Notes: a model not told the origin generated them from the letters alone. Positions 21,305-35,360 are shown, counted from the first letter of the stretch. The stretch is DNA of 64,000 bases from Cycas panzhihuaensis (GCA_023213395.1 CM041465.1:157735741-157799740); one strand, 5' to 3'. Numbers and translations are program-made.

Positions 21305-24300
21305 TCAAGAAGTAAGCATCTGAGTCCATGTAGAGATCAATTCATTGTAAGGTACAATTCTCGAATGCTAACTTTAACTAGGAGGAGTACTCCCTTTAGG
21401 GAAGGTGTTAGGAATAGATTTTGAACCACCCTAGACTATATAGAGCACTTCTTCCATGGGGTAATGTAGCATTCCTAAAATAGGGATGAAGTCAGTCTTA
21501 GAGAAGGAAATATTATTAGGAAGTTGGCTTTTAGGAGAAGTAAAGGAAGAATCATTTATTTTATTATGAAGTCAGGTTTTTGAAGGGAAAAAATAGTAGT
21601 TGGTTTTTGAAGGTTATAAATAGAGAAGCCTTCCTTATTTGTAAAACATTCTTGGAGAATTTATTATTGCAAGGAAAATGGCTTCATGGCATTAGGGCCT
21701 CGTGCCTGTTGGAGGGTAGCTCTCGCCTTGAAGAGGGTTCAACACTGCTGGGCATTTGTATCAAGTGCTATTGTTTTGCTATCATTACATATGTTATTGT
21801 TATCAATGTATGAATGATATATGTCTCTGCTAAATCATGTTTTATGAGGGTTTACTGTTGTAATTATATTCTATATGTTATAAATGTATAAAATTATTGG
21901 GAAGTGCTGTTATAATTTGCTAGCATTATTATTTGGATAAATATGATCAGTGGTGAATGATTGTAAATATTTCGTTATCTATTGGAAATATTGCTTGTGT
22001 CTGCTGCTTTTGTTTTGGGCCCGCTACAACTGGTATCAGAGTGAGACTGTAGATCTACGATGCATGTTGGTTCATTGGTCTCATAAGGAAGGACATCCCA
22101 ACAACCAACACACCCTGATTCTATTGTTTGGTCATCACTTTAGGAGGCATGAGATTATGAAGTTCTACTGTCTAGTTATCATTGTTCGCATGTAGGAGAC
22201 GACTTGTCGAGTAGCAATTGCAAATTATATAATCATTATTGGTTTTTGTTTGAAAGAGGGCATGCCAAAGGTGTTGCTTGATAGAGGCAATGGCAGGTGG
22301 AGAAAATTACTCTATGAAGCCGCATTAACTCAGATCGTCTAGGGTGCATTATTATAAGCAACCACCAAGAGGAGATAATTCCAAGGGGTATTTGTTGCAT
22401 CTGCGTGCCACTGGAGGGATCTTCATTGAGGAAGGAGTATGTAGTGGAATGGTCCATCTTTACAAGATAGAAATCTAGGAACCACGAAGAACTATTCAGA
22501 TGTGTGTCTTTCCTCCCACTCTTGGAATGAAGGGCTGTTAAGGATTGGAGAAAATCTAGATGAAATGTAGAAATTCAAAACCCTGTCACATGAAGGGCTT
22601 CAAGCAGAGACAAATTGAGGTGCATGATCCAACACCAAATATCTGCAACAACCTGAGCACATAGAGGATTCATGCATCTGCGTAGACTAGGAGATCTAGG
22701 ACATTGGAGGTAATGGGGGTCTTGACCTTTGTGAATACATGGTAGTGATGCCCCATACCTATAGAGACCACACATGTAGAATACTGGGTACGACACGCCA
22801 TACCTACGAAGACCACATGCTTGAGCAGGTGAATGGAGAGAGAAAACTAGGGGCAAATGAACGGTGAAGACCCACGTGCAAAGACGAATGAATAATCTCT
22901 CCAAATAATTTTGTGCGGTCTTATTTGATTTAATTTTATTGAGTTTCTATTTATAGTTCGTAGCCCCCTTCAGTAGTAAGTAGTCACACACCCTTTCAAG
23001 TGATCAAGGGCTAAAAGTGCTTAAATTTTTATTTTATTTTATTTCAATTTTATTTGTAAAAGGGGGTACTTGGACGTTTTTGTCCATAACTCTTGTTATA
23101 GGTGTCAAATTGTAGTGTCGTTTGAATCATTGGGTTCGTGGTGCATAGACGATCGTAACAAGTGGTCATATGTGATAGTATAGACTAGTAGATGATACAA
23201 ATTTTAATCATTGAAGTTGTAGTTTTTAGTTAAAAGAGACAAAATGACGATTCAGATAGATAAAAATTCTTTGGCAAAGTTAGATGAGCCAATAAAGCAA
23301 TTGCAACAATACTTGCACATAACATGCATAGTCCAAGATATTAAGCCATTCGCCCCAGGAAAAGGCATAACAACTATATATTATCTTCAACATGTTGAAA
23401 CACACTGTGGAATTTCACCAGATACAAATTTCAAGGATTATAGTATTCAATACTACTTGGAGGGTGGAGCTTATCGATGGTATAAAAATTGGTCTAAAGA
23501 AAGATTTATTTGTGTTTGGGGTTGGTTTAAGGTAGGTTTTAGCTTAGCATCTAGCAAATGGGGCCATGAGGAAATTGCCAGAGAATCAAAGCAACTAGAT
23601 AAGAGCACAATAAAAGAAGAAGAATCGACCATTGATAGAGAGAAGATCCAGGAACCACCATAGGAGCCTCAAGAAAAACCAATACTGGAGCTACAACATA
23701 GTAAGGTTGAAGTCCCAAAATAGAAAGAGGAGAAAATGTGGAGCATCTTGAAGATGAGTTTGACATCAACAAAGCATAGGTTGATGTTGAGCACTGTGAC
23801 AAATAATCTAGGCTAAAATAGCATGAAGTCATTGGCAAGTAGCCAAGAAAAGACCAAATGTACAAGGAACAGATCGAGGATGAGCCTATACAGGAAGCAA
23901 AGGGAGTCGAACATCCAAGCAAGACCCCCAAGTTACTCAACATGGTTCCAAATCCTAATTTGCACATGTATATTTCATTTGGTAGTTTTATTTGTCCTCT
24001 TTCATTTCGAAGATCAATTGTAGTAGAGAAACCATCTTTTCCCCATCCCATAGTTAGCCATAATCCTAATCCCTTTAACTCTAGTTTTCTTGTAAGACAA
24101 ATCCTAGTTCCCCTTTGCAATCCTAGTTCATCTCTTTACTTACGTACTCACTCACCCCCTATAGACCATCCTCAATAGGGTATTCTACAACTTCAATTTG
24201 GTCATCAAGTTTTATCACTTAGCATCATCCCCTACAAAACCCCAACTCATCCTTTCCAATCCTATCCATTTCTACACTACCAATATTGTTTTTTTCCATT

Positions 24301-24838
24301 AAATCTCTTATTTTGTCTTGATACCATCTCTAAACCCCTATTAAAATCTTTTTTTCATAAAGAACATCTATCACTAATCACATATCCATCTTTCCTCTCA
24401 AGGGATCCTTGTGGTCCAACAAAGCTTGCATGAATTTTCATCTCCTTTCAAGGCAAATCCCATACCACATTCTTTCTTCCTATGCCTCCAAAGCTATGAC
24501 TAATCTCAATTCATAATCCCACCTCTTCTTTTCTTTTTCATGATAAGCAATCATCAATTCATGACCCTTGCAATCAATTTTTTTCACAAAATCTTCACTT
24601 CTTCTTCCATAAACTATCTCATCTAAAAATAAAATGTGCAAACACAAGGCAAGACTAGGACTATGTTAAACCTTATGTTTAAATGTTAAGTTAATGTACT
24701 TTTATTTTTCATGTAATATATGCACTTTTTACTTTAGGGGTGACTTATCACTTAAGTGATAAAGTGCACACCCACATTCTTTCTAGTGACACAACGTTGT
24801 CACTAAAGGGTCAAATGGACCCTCATGCACTTTTTGAG

Positions 24839-24975
24839 GATCCAAGTCATGTATCTTGGATGTTTGACACTTGTTAAACATCCAAGGCCTTAGGTCTCTC
24901 ATTTCGATGATCCAAGTCATGTATCTTGGATGTTTGACACTTGTCAAACATCCAAGGCCTTAGGTCTCTCATTTC
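24839..24975. repeat. 70-bp tandem duplication in Copia C LTR, each unit with a 15-bp inverted repeat
   Basis: cttggatgtttgaca-ct-tgtcaaacatccaag (one mismatch in the first 5'-LTR unit); same structure at about 31231-31368. Confidence 0.9.
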
Positions 24976-25479
24976 ACTCTATATAATGAGACCTCTCCTC
25001 ATTGTCTTAGGAGGAGAGTTGGAGTTGTATTGTTATGCTATCAGTTTGCTAATCAAATTGTTTCTTCTTGGGAGGTTGGACCAATTCCAACTCCACATAT
25101 TGGGTATCATTTTCTTTTGCTCATATTTCTCTTTGTGCTCTTTATGCTTTCATGCTTTCATGCATTTGTAGTATTGTGCCTGTACTTATGATCTTGGGAC
25201 TAATGTGGCCTAATGCCCATTTTCCACATTTGGTATCAGAGCTGAAAGGTCTCTGAACTTAGCTTGTTTAAGCAATTAGTTTTTATCTCTCATTTGTTTT
25301 GGAAGACCGCCAACTCACTCAACTCTCGAAGATCGCCATCTCATTTCGGTGGTGACTCAATAGTTGTCCATCTCAAAGAGCCACTCATCACTACCAACTC
25401 AAGATCGTCTCGATCAATCGGATGGCCGAATCTTGACCAAACTCAAGCAGATTCCATTCAAGACTCCACTGTCCTCTCA

Positions 25480-25715
25480 AGTCGCCAACTCGGCGATTCC
25501 ACTCACATAGTTGGCTGTCCAACTCAACACTCAAGCCGCCAACTCGCGGTATTCCACCACAGCTTGGCTGTCCAACTCGGCATTCAAGCCGCCAACTCAC
25601 TCATTTCAAGCATCATTCCGGCTCACAGCTTGGCTGTCCAACTCGAGATTCAAGCCGCCAACTCACTCATTTCAAGCATCATCGACTCACGATTGGCTGT
25701 CCAACTCAAGATTCA
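25480..25715. repeat. Degenerate tandem repeats (ttggctgtccaactc...tcaagccgccaactc) in Copia C leader
   Basis: Four recurrences of ttggctgtccaactc, spaced ~54-66 bp. Confidence 0.85.
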
Positions 25716-26895
25716 TTGCCTTTGCCACATTTCGAAGTGCACGATCGGCCACCAAGAAGCTACCAAGATTGGAAGATCAATCTCTTGATAGCATTTTTCT
25801 AACAAAATGCCCTTTTGCTCATGAGAATCAATTTTTTTTTAAGGTTTTAAGAGATTTTTTTTTAATTTCTAAAGGGGGGAATTTTAAAAGACTTTAAGTC
25901 TTTATAGCTGGGCTTACTTAAAATTTTTTTTTGGCAGTCTTGATTCTCAAAAGTACTTTTGTACTTACTGTTTTAAGCTTTTTTTAGCACACTTTCATGC
26001 TATTAAAGCATCATTGAGCTTAATTAATGTAATCAAAAGGAATATTTACATTGTAAAGGTGAAGAAAATTACCACCTAACTTCAGTTTTTGGCACCTTGC
26101 ATGGTGACCTTGGCCTTCTTCAGTTCAAAAAAGGGAAGGCTCATTGTGAAACTTAATAAAATCACAATTTTCTTGTTGGATTGTTGAGACATTTTAAGTC
26201 TCAACAGCTGTTGCGTGGAGTTTTGTGTTGGCTTTGGAGCATTTCTTGAGTACACTTTTCTTGTGGCTTCATCACTTCATCAGATTTTGAAGGTTAAAAG
26301 GAACCCTCTTTCTTTGTCATCAAAGGTTCCCTACATCATTTTCTTTTAAGTACTCAAAGTACTTTATCATTGTACTCAAGCATAGCATCTCACTTGGATC
26401 ATAAAGCACTTGAAATTTGTTTTGTGCTCATTCTTTGTAAGCCAAAAGGCATAAAAAATCCAAGTAAGAAGATTCACTTAGACTTGTTTAAAAGTGAATT
26501 TAAAATCTATTGGAGAGGCTCGAAAAAGGTTCAAACCTTGCCTCTAAATTAACCTTAAGCTTGGTGCATTCCCTAGGGGACCAATCGGCCAAATGCGGTC
26601 GATGCACGACAATTAAGGTTGCTTGAAGGAAAGGAGGTTCGAAAAGGGTGTTATTGGGGCATGAATCCTGTGGAAAGCATGGTACGTCCATGCGGATCAA
26701 CCCTACCGCCTTGTCCTAGATTTAACTTGGTCCTCCACCTCAATAGCGAGTCCTCCACCTCTCTTCACCCCACCGGTTGTTGGATCTTCTTGTAAGATCA
26801 GGACTAGTGGTGTTGTTTGAGGGTGGGTCTTAAGCGACGAAGCTTTTGAAGTTTCCAAGTTATCTGCTAGCTTCAAGTGTTACTCAAGTGGAAAG

Positions 26896-29800
26896 ATGGC
26901 TGCCATACATATGCTTAATGCTTGTACCATAAGGCTAACGGGGCAATCAAATTATCAAGAATGGAAAAGAATCACAAAAAATCTCTTGATAATGAATGAG
27001 TTCTGGGGATATGTTTCTGGAAGAATCCCCAATCCTACACCTGTGGTTAATAATAATCAACCTGCACCTATGGATGTTGGACTTGTTGCTGCATGGGAGG
27101 CCAAAGACGAAATTGCTTTGGCTTTCATTCGTATGGTTGTGGACATACATGTAGACCAAAATATTTCTTCTGCACTATCTTCTAAAGAAGCATGGGACAC
27201 CTTGTCCTCCTTGTATGAAAGGCGAGATGAAGCTCGCATTTTGATGATAAAAGCTAAATTGTACTCCATCAAATTTGTAAAGCCAATGTCGGCATTCATG
27301 TCCTCTATTAAGGAGGTTTGTAATGAATTAACTACTTTAGGTAGTCCAGCTACTAGAGATGAAATCATAGCCTCCATCACAAAAGCATTACCAAAGGACT
27401 ACAACGGCTTTATATCATCAACTACACGAGATGGTTCACTAAGGGGGATGACATTCAATCAACTTGAAAGCTTATTGCTTCAAGAAGAACAAATTTATGC
27501 TAAGGATAATGAAGAACCATCTACAACAGTGCTTTCACAAAGAAGGGCAAAGACAACTCAAAATCTAACACCGCATTCACAAAGCGGTTTGGAAATATGA
27601 ACATTGGATCTTCCAAGTCCAATGTAGTATGCCATTATTGTGGCAAAACCCGCCACATTGCACTGAGTGCGAAAGAAGCAAGCGGATTTTCAAGAAGGCA
27701 GCAGATGAGTCACTGTGGTCAAAGTCGGCCACAGGGTCAAAGACAACAGCAGCCACGACAACAGTTTCAACAAAGATTCCAACAATGATCGGATAGAATT
27801 CCCTCGACCAAATCGAGGTGCCTATCGAGGAGGTCCAAGAGGAGGGGGGGTCAAAGAGGTGGCTACCAACGCCATTATAATCAGTTTGTCAATGAAGACA
27901 AACTACTTTGTGCATACCAATCATGCCACATTGACAACACTTGGATTGTCGATTCAGAAGCTTCTTGACATATGACAGGGAGTGAAGAACTCCTATGCAA
28001 CATCAAGGAAGGTAAAGGTCAATCAGTGACCTTTGGAAATGCTGAATCGCTTGAGATTTCGTGAATAGGCACCATAGCTCCTTTTCGTTCCCTCAAAATC
28101 CTTCCTCATCATTTCCCAACAAAGGATGCCTACTTCATTCCTTCTATGGAGAAGAATCGCTATCTATTAGCCGATGAACAAGCAACACATGAGCGTACTA
28201 TTTAAAATGGGAAATGTATCATTTGTGACAAAGATGATCGGATCGTGGTGTAGCCTCACGAGGATCAAGGTCTTTACAAGTTGGATGCCAATAATATTAC
28301 TCTTGATTACGCTTACTGGTTCCACATCTTTGTCAAAAATTCGATTATGGCATCAACGTCTAGGACATTTAAGCCTAGACAATCAAGCAGATGATATACA
28401 AAAGCATGGTGTATGGGCTTCCAAAGATGTATGGTTCAAAATGTCTTTGCGAAGCTTGCATAATGGGGACACAACATCGTGCCTTTTCCTAAAGGCAAAG
28501 CATGGCGTGCATCTTATCCTTTGCAATTAGTTCACTCAGACTTGTGTGGACCCATGTCCACCCAATCCTTTGGAGGAGCAGTGTACTACATATCTTTTAT
28601 TGATGACTTCTCTCACAAAGTCTGGGTCTACTTCCTAAAGCATAAATCATAAGCCTTCTCCAAGTTCAAAGAGTTCAAGGCGAAAGTAGAAAATGAATCT
28701 GGCTACTCAATTGGCACATTAAGGTCAGATAATGGAGGTGAATTCACTTGAAATGAATTCAACCAATTTTGCAAGGATAATGGAATTCGGAGACAACTCA
28801 CAGCTCCTCATACTCCTCAGCAAAATGGAGTCTGCGAGAGGATGAATAGAACATTGGCTAATAAAGCCAGAACAATGATGCATGCAAAAGGGCTTCCAAG
28901 AGCTTCTTGGGCGAAGCATTTCATACTGACCTATGTGGCCAATCGAAGTCCTACAATCACCAATATCACACACGAAGAGGCATGGTCCGGTAAGAAGCCA
29001 ACTATCGACCATTTGAGGACATTCGGATGTTACTGGTGATATGCACATACGGATCAACAAAGAACAAAGTTGGACAAACATAGCCTTAAATGCATCTTTG
29101 TAGGATATGCAATCCATAGCAAAGCCTACAAGTTGTATGATCCAGTTGGGAGAAAAATGCATCTCTCAAGAGATGTAATCTTTGTTGAGGATGATCAAAA
29201 AGAGTTGGATATGGCATCAATCAAACCCCCCATTGACAAAGGAAAAAAGATTGTTGAGGACTTCCCTTCCCCTCAATCTTACACACCATGTTCTTCATCT
29301 GCACCTTACATGTACCATCTACTTCATCTTCATCTGCTCCACTTGAACCTTCCACTTCATCTTCTGATACTCCTACACTTAGACCAGAAGATATTGAGGT
29401 TCATGCCACATCATTTCAGAAGTTACCTAAGTGGTACACTCAAACGGTACAAGATGGTCATATCATTGAAGGGAAACGTCCATCAAAGTATCGGCAGCAA
29501 ACAAACTTTGCACTTATGGTCAAGTGCTTTCTATTGATGAGCCTACTACCTTTGCAGAGGCTTCACAAAGTGATAGTTGGAAAGCTGCCATGGACGAAGA
29601 GATTCAATCCATTCACAAGAATGGTACTTGGGACTTGGTCGAATTGCCTCCACACAAACAGCAATCATTGTAAATGGGTCTACAAGACCAAATTCCATTC
29701 GATGGGACACTCAAGCGACATAAAGCAAGACTTGTAGCAAAGGGGTTCAAACAAAAGAAGGAATTGATTACGAGGAGACCTTTGCACTGTAGCAAACATG

Positions 29801-31045
29801 AACATCATCGACTTCTCTTGGCCTTACCCGCACAATGCAAATGGGCAGATATCGATGGACGTGAAGAGCGCCTTCCTCAACAGCGATCTTCAAGAGGAGG
29901 TATACTTGGAGCAACCTCCTGGTTACAAGGAACAAGGCAAGGAGCATTTGGTATGTCGCCTCAAGAAGGCTTTGTATGGCTTGAAGCAAGCTCCTAGGGC
30001 ATGGTACGCAAAAATCGATGAATACTTTTTGAGACATGGGTTTCATTGATCCACATTTGATCCAAACTTGTACATCAAACATGAACATCACCATGTCACT
30101 TATATTGCCTTGTATGTAGATGACTTAATGATCATAGGTGACGACACTAAGCTCATCACTGTTCTCCAAGATGATTTGAAGAGAAGTTTTGAGATGACTG
30201 ATCTTGGACTTCTCCATTACTTTCTAGGCTTTGAGGTATGGCGTGACCGGGCTATATCTTCATTTCCCAAGCAAAATATTCTTGGGACATCTTGCGAGAT
30301 TCAGGATGCACGACTGCAAGACGACGCCTACACCCATGGAGAACGGCACCAATCTTTCTCTTAATGAGGAAGCTGAACCAGTGATTCCACTCTTTATCGA
30401 CAGTTGATTGGTAGCTTGATTTATCTCACCAACACTCGTCCGGACATTTCATTTGCGCTGGGATTTGCTCTCGTTACATGTCTCACCCCAATCGGATACA
30501 ATCGGAATGCGAAAACGCATACTCAAGTATATCAAAGGAACATTGCGCTTGGACTTGAGTATGTACATAAGGCGAACTTCACTTTGGAAGGGTACTCGAT
30601 TACGATTGGGCGGTGATGCCGGGATAGCGTGAAATCTACCTCGGTTCTTGTTTACCCTTGGTTCAAGAAATGTTTCATGGAGTTGCAAGAAGCAACCAAA
30701 TGTTACCTTGTCCTCCACCCAAGGAATACAAAGTCGTAGTCGGTGACTTGTGAGGCTATCTGCTTCGACGGATTCTTGGTGAGCTTGGATTTCAGAGCAG
30801 CAGTGACCGGCCTTCATTGTGACAATCAGTGTCCTCAAGCTAACTAAGAATCTGTTTTTCCACGCACGGACCAAGCATATTGAAGTTCACCACCATTTCA
30901 TCGTGGAGCATGTACACGTGGTGAGATCACACTTCAATATCGACCAACGAGCAACAGACGGCAGATATCTTTACCAAGCCACTTGGTAGAGACAAATTTG
31001 TAAAATTTAGAGATGGTCTTGGTGTCAGGCTTAACATTGTAAACA
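26896..31045 (+). pseudogene. Copia C gag-pol, frameshifted in this assembly
   Basis: RLTGQSNYQEWK; CHYCGKTRH; LWHQRLGHL; MNRTL; MDVKSAFLN; LYVDD; TRPDIS. Confidence 0.92.
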
Positions 31046-33019
31046 GTAAGGGGGGGTGTTAAACTTTATGTTTAAATGTTAAGTTAATGTACTTTTATTT
31101 TTCATGTAATATATGCACTTTTACTTTAGGGGTGACTTATCACTTAAGTGATAAAGTGCACACCCACATTCTTTCTAGTGACACAACGTTGTCACTAAAG
31201 GGTCAAATGGACCCTCATGCACTTTTTGAGGATCCAAGTCATGTATCTTGGATGTTTGACACTTGTCAAACATCCAAGGCCTTAGGTCTCTCATTTTGAT
31301 GATCCAAGTCATGTATCTTGGATGTTTGACACTTGTCAAACATCCAAGGCCTTAGGTCTCTCATTTCACTCTATATAATGAGACCTCTCCTCATTGTCTC
31401 AGGAGGAGAGTTGGAGTTGTATTGTTATGCTATCAGTTTGCTAATCAAACTGTTTCTTCTTGGGAGGTTGGACCAATTCCAACTCCACATATTGGGTATC
31501 ATTTTCTCTTGCTCCTATTTCTCTTTGTGCTCTTTATGCTTTCATGCATTTGTAGTATTGTGCCTGTACTTATGATCTTGGGACTAATGTGGCCTAATGC
31601 CCATTTTCCACAGACTAAACATTTGAGACAACTCACAGGTCCTAGGATCCTTCCAATACAGAACCAAATGCAGCATGTGCTTGGGCTAAGGAACAAACAT
31701 CAGCAAATTCAAGACACCTGCCAGCAAAGTTCCATAGAAGCCACAAGATCGAGCCAAATCTTTATGACATACAAGATCTAGCAGTTGGTGGCTGGAAAAA
31801 CTCATCAAGATTGTATCAGAAATCCCAATACTTCGAGGGTGAAGTTTTATTTTAAGGGGAGGGGAATTGTAGCTTTTTTAAAATAAGGATGAAGTTAGTT
31901 TTATAGAAGGAAATATTATTAGGAAGTTAGTTTTTAGGAGAATTAAAGAAAGAACCATTTATTTTATTTTATTATGAAGTCAATTTTTTGGAGGTAAAAA
32001 ATAGGAGTTGGTTTTTGAAGGTTATATATAAAGAAGCCTTCCTCATTTGTAAAACATTTTGGAGAATTTATTATTTTAAGAAAAATGGCTTTGTGCCATT
32101 AGGGCCTCGTGCTTGCTAGAGGGTCGTTGTCGCCTCAAAGAGGGTTGAACGCTGTTGGACATTTGTATCAAGTGTTATTATTCTATTATTAATATTCCTT
32201 ATTTACATATGTTGTTGTTATCAATGCATGAATGATATATGTCTCTACTGAATCATGTTTTATGAGGGTTTATTGCTGTAATTATATGCTCTCTGCTGTG
32301 AACGTATGCAAATATTGGAAAGTATTGCTATAATCTACTAGCATTATCATCTGGATAAATATTATCAGTGGTGAATGACTGCAAATATTCTATTATCTAC
32401 TAGAAATATTGCTTTTGTCTGCTGTTTTTCTTTTGGGCCCGCTACAAATAGGGCTTTGATCATGAACTTGATATGGGTTGATGGTCATTGATAAGAGACA
32501 AATATGCAAGGCCTTTGCAGAGACTCTCCATTTTGAGTGTTTGTTTATGAACCAAATACACGAGAGTGGGAGTGGATATGGATACCATACTTCCCAATAT
32601 CCAAGATACAAGGATTCAACAAATAGGATATAGCGAGTTAAGGTTTCCAGTAATAAATATATATACAAATTTATAAAAGTGTAGATGAAACTTACGAAAC
32701 AAATTGCAACAAATTAGAAATGAAGATTCAATACCCATTACTCAACATACATGTATCACACAATGCTCATACAACATAATTAAAACACCATTCTTCATTG
32801 ACTAAACTCCATAGTGATGCCAACACAATATGTGTCATTATAATGTAAAGCAAAAGCAAAAAGAGGAGGATCATCATTATCATGGAGATCTTTTGGTGCT
32901 AAAGCTAGCAAATCCAAGGACAAATTAGCAAAAGCTACATCTTGTGGACCTAGCTACTCCTCTTTGGGATTCATGCCCCACAAATATGAAGGCCCCTCAA
33001 TGTGTTATTTATTTTCCTA

Positions 33020-34560
33020 AGATTAAGGGTAAACATTTGTATGTATATAGACTAGATCTTTGGCCTTTTTGAATCCTGGCTCGTTCATTTTCACTGAATG
33101 AATGAATCCATAGGTGTTCCAATTCCTTTTAGCTCTTGAAAAGTTTGTCACTTGTGAAAGGACACATATGGTAAGGGATTGAAGTTCTTCAACTTCTAAT
33201 TCATAATAGCTACTCTACTTAATAAGACCTATCTTTGCGCTCCCCCTCAATGTTTGTGGATCCCTAAAGAAATCCTTTTGACTAACAAATTGCCCAAATT
33301 GACTTTGCAATGCAATGTTTTGTTTCTCATTTGGAAGTATTTTGCTAAATGCAACCCTGTGTCCAATGGCTACCTCTTTGTCCTTGTTAGATGCCTTTCT
33401 CTTGCCATTGCTTTCCATAATCAAGCCATCATCATAGAATTTATGAGACAATGCACCTGCTAAAGTATGTGAATGCATATTAAAATCATTCTGCCTTTCA
33501 CAATGATACTGTGAATCTCTTGAAAGAAAGATTTGCCATTCCTCTCATTCATATTGACATCTTCTATCCTCCCAATCATGGTATCCATGCCTCTCATAGG
33601 CTTGTCCTATGAAAGGATGATTTTTGTTAGCTGTCAACTCATATCCACAACGGGCTCACAAAATCTAAGTAGATATTCCATTTATAACTCACCATTCATC
33701 ATTAATGATGTGCCTCTAACTTGCTGTGCTTTTTGATTGTTAGAAGCCCTTGACTCTATCCATGCCTTCGAATACAGCATGTTTCCCAAGGCTTCCTTAA
33801 TTTCACATATTCTCCACAACATGTTTTGCAACCTTCAAGATTGCCAAGCAAGAGTATGTCTTGAAAATTGCACACGTCTATTCATGGTTGGTCACAAGTG
33901 TTTCAATCTTCTTCCTTGCATCATATATTTCCTTGATCCAAGGAATTGTGTCAATCATCTTCAATGCTAGATTCATATTGTGAACCACACATGGAGTCCA
34001 TCCAATATATGTTGTTGTATCTGGCTTCTACAATCATGCCAGTTATTTTATAAACGCATGCATCGTCTATGATGACCTACACCACATCCGGTTGCCCCAC
34101 AATTTCAAATGCATGTATGAGCACGTTTGCAATAAACTGTATTCTTCTCCTTGCCACTGCAATCAACTGCATCAAGGAAGTATGCATCCTTTGGAGAACT
34201 GCAGTGGGATTAACAAACAGTCTATTTGTTGCATCTATCCACCTGTTAGACACAGTGGAGACTTCTGTTGTGTTCTGACTTGCATGGATTGTTTACATGC
34301 ACCACTCCACTAGTTTCCTTTCCTTGGCAGTCAAGGCGGTTCACAATCTTTCATCAATAGGGCTCTTATAACCCCTTGGCTCATCATTTATTGCTTTCAC
34401 CATACCTTTCCATTACAGGGAGCAAACAAGAGAAACTTGGGAGTCCACACATACAAATGTAATGTGCAACGCTGCTATCAACCTCTTCCCTTCCATTCCC
34501 ATCAAATAGCTTTCCAAGTGGGCCCATATTCTTCTGTATGGCCTTCTTCCACGATCATGG
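33020..34560 (-). pseudogene. hAT transposase remnant (DUF659 and dimerisation domain)
   Basis: VGQPDVV*VIIDDACVYK..GWTPCVVHNMNL; CVLSQVTNFSRAKRNWNTYGFIHS..AKDLVYIHTN. Confidence 0.85.
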
Positions 34561-35121
34561 GCATGGATACATTAGATGCATGAGTAGAATGATATGAATT
34601 GCAAACGAATGTTTTCTAGGCTGAGCAAATAATGAATCGGTAGCTTGATAAATCAAATACGTACAAATGTTTTCTCCTCTGCAGTATTAAACATACTTGC
34701 CCTGGTCTTTAACGCTGAAGGCATGCTATCTATCATAGACATTTGAGCGAGGTACTTTTTGAAAATATGAAGTTGATTTTGTAAAAGACTAGACGTTGCT
34801 AATGTGTGCTTATGTAGTTTAACATCTCCAGGCAAGGCAGTCAACTGAAATGCCACAAATGATCCAGGCCAAAGGAATATGTGATTTGACTCATTAACTG
34901 TGTGAAGTGCATGATGCACAGAAGCATTTATTGGCATGTTCCAGGGCCTAGAAACCTTGAAACACTTAGGCTATTGGCAGCTAATTTACCTTTGTGTAGT
35001 CCCACCCTTCCTGGGATTCTGCAATGAGAAAAGAGGGCGGGGGAAACTTAGAATTAAATGAGAGTAGGGAACAATCTTTTGTGTTATTTGTTAAAATCAT
35101 ATATTCTTTTTACTTTCACAG

Positions 35122-35224
35122 ATACTACACGGATCCTTCTGGTACCTTCTGGCAATGTGATGCCAAAGCTATAGGATCAGGATCTGAAGGAGCAGACAGC
35201 TCTTTACAAGAGCATTACAATAAG
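35122..35224 (+). CDS. PAE: 20S proteasome subunit alpha type-5, antepenultimate coding exon
   Basis: AG|[35 protein letters not shown]|GT. Confidence 0.95.
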
Positions 35225-35360
35225 GTAAACATGGTACCTATAGCTGACACCATCTTCTATTAGAGGCAGGCTTATTTTCTTTTTTCTGATTTGAGTTAGC
35301 TAAATTTTGAAACAAAATATCTTGCATGGATTTTGAAGTTCTAGTATTATGCCATTTCAG

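Larger units (their letters stand above)
24664..31612 (+). mobile_element. Copia C, young full-length element
   Basis: LTRs 24664-25228 and 31057-31612 (7 substitutions plus one 9-bp indel); perfect TSD GACTA; PBS TGGTATCAGAGC at 25231; PPT aaggggggg. Confidence 0.96.
21465..32446 (+). mobile_element. D: pol-less (LARD-like) Gypsy/chromovirus-derived LTR element, containing Copia C
   Basis: LTRs 21465-22028 and 31868-32446 (TGTAGC...GCTACA); PBS-Met at 22031; PPT aaggggaggggaat; gag-like YYLEGGAYRWY at 23244-23663; no RT/INT motifs seen. Confidence 0.85.

Noticed and set aside
25264-25897. 174- and 128-aa ORFs in the Copia C leader
   Set aside because: Open frames are explained by stop-poor tandem repeats; no domain recognised.
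21460-32451. TSD for element D (ggtaa / aatag)
   Set aside because: Only 2/5 identical; compatible with decay by transitions but not supportable.
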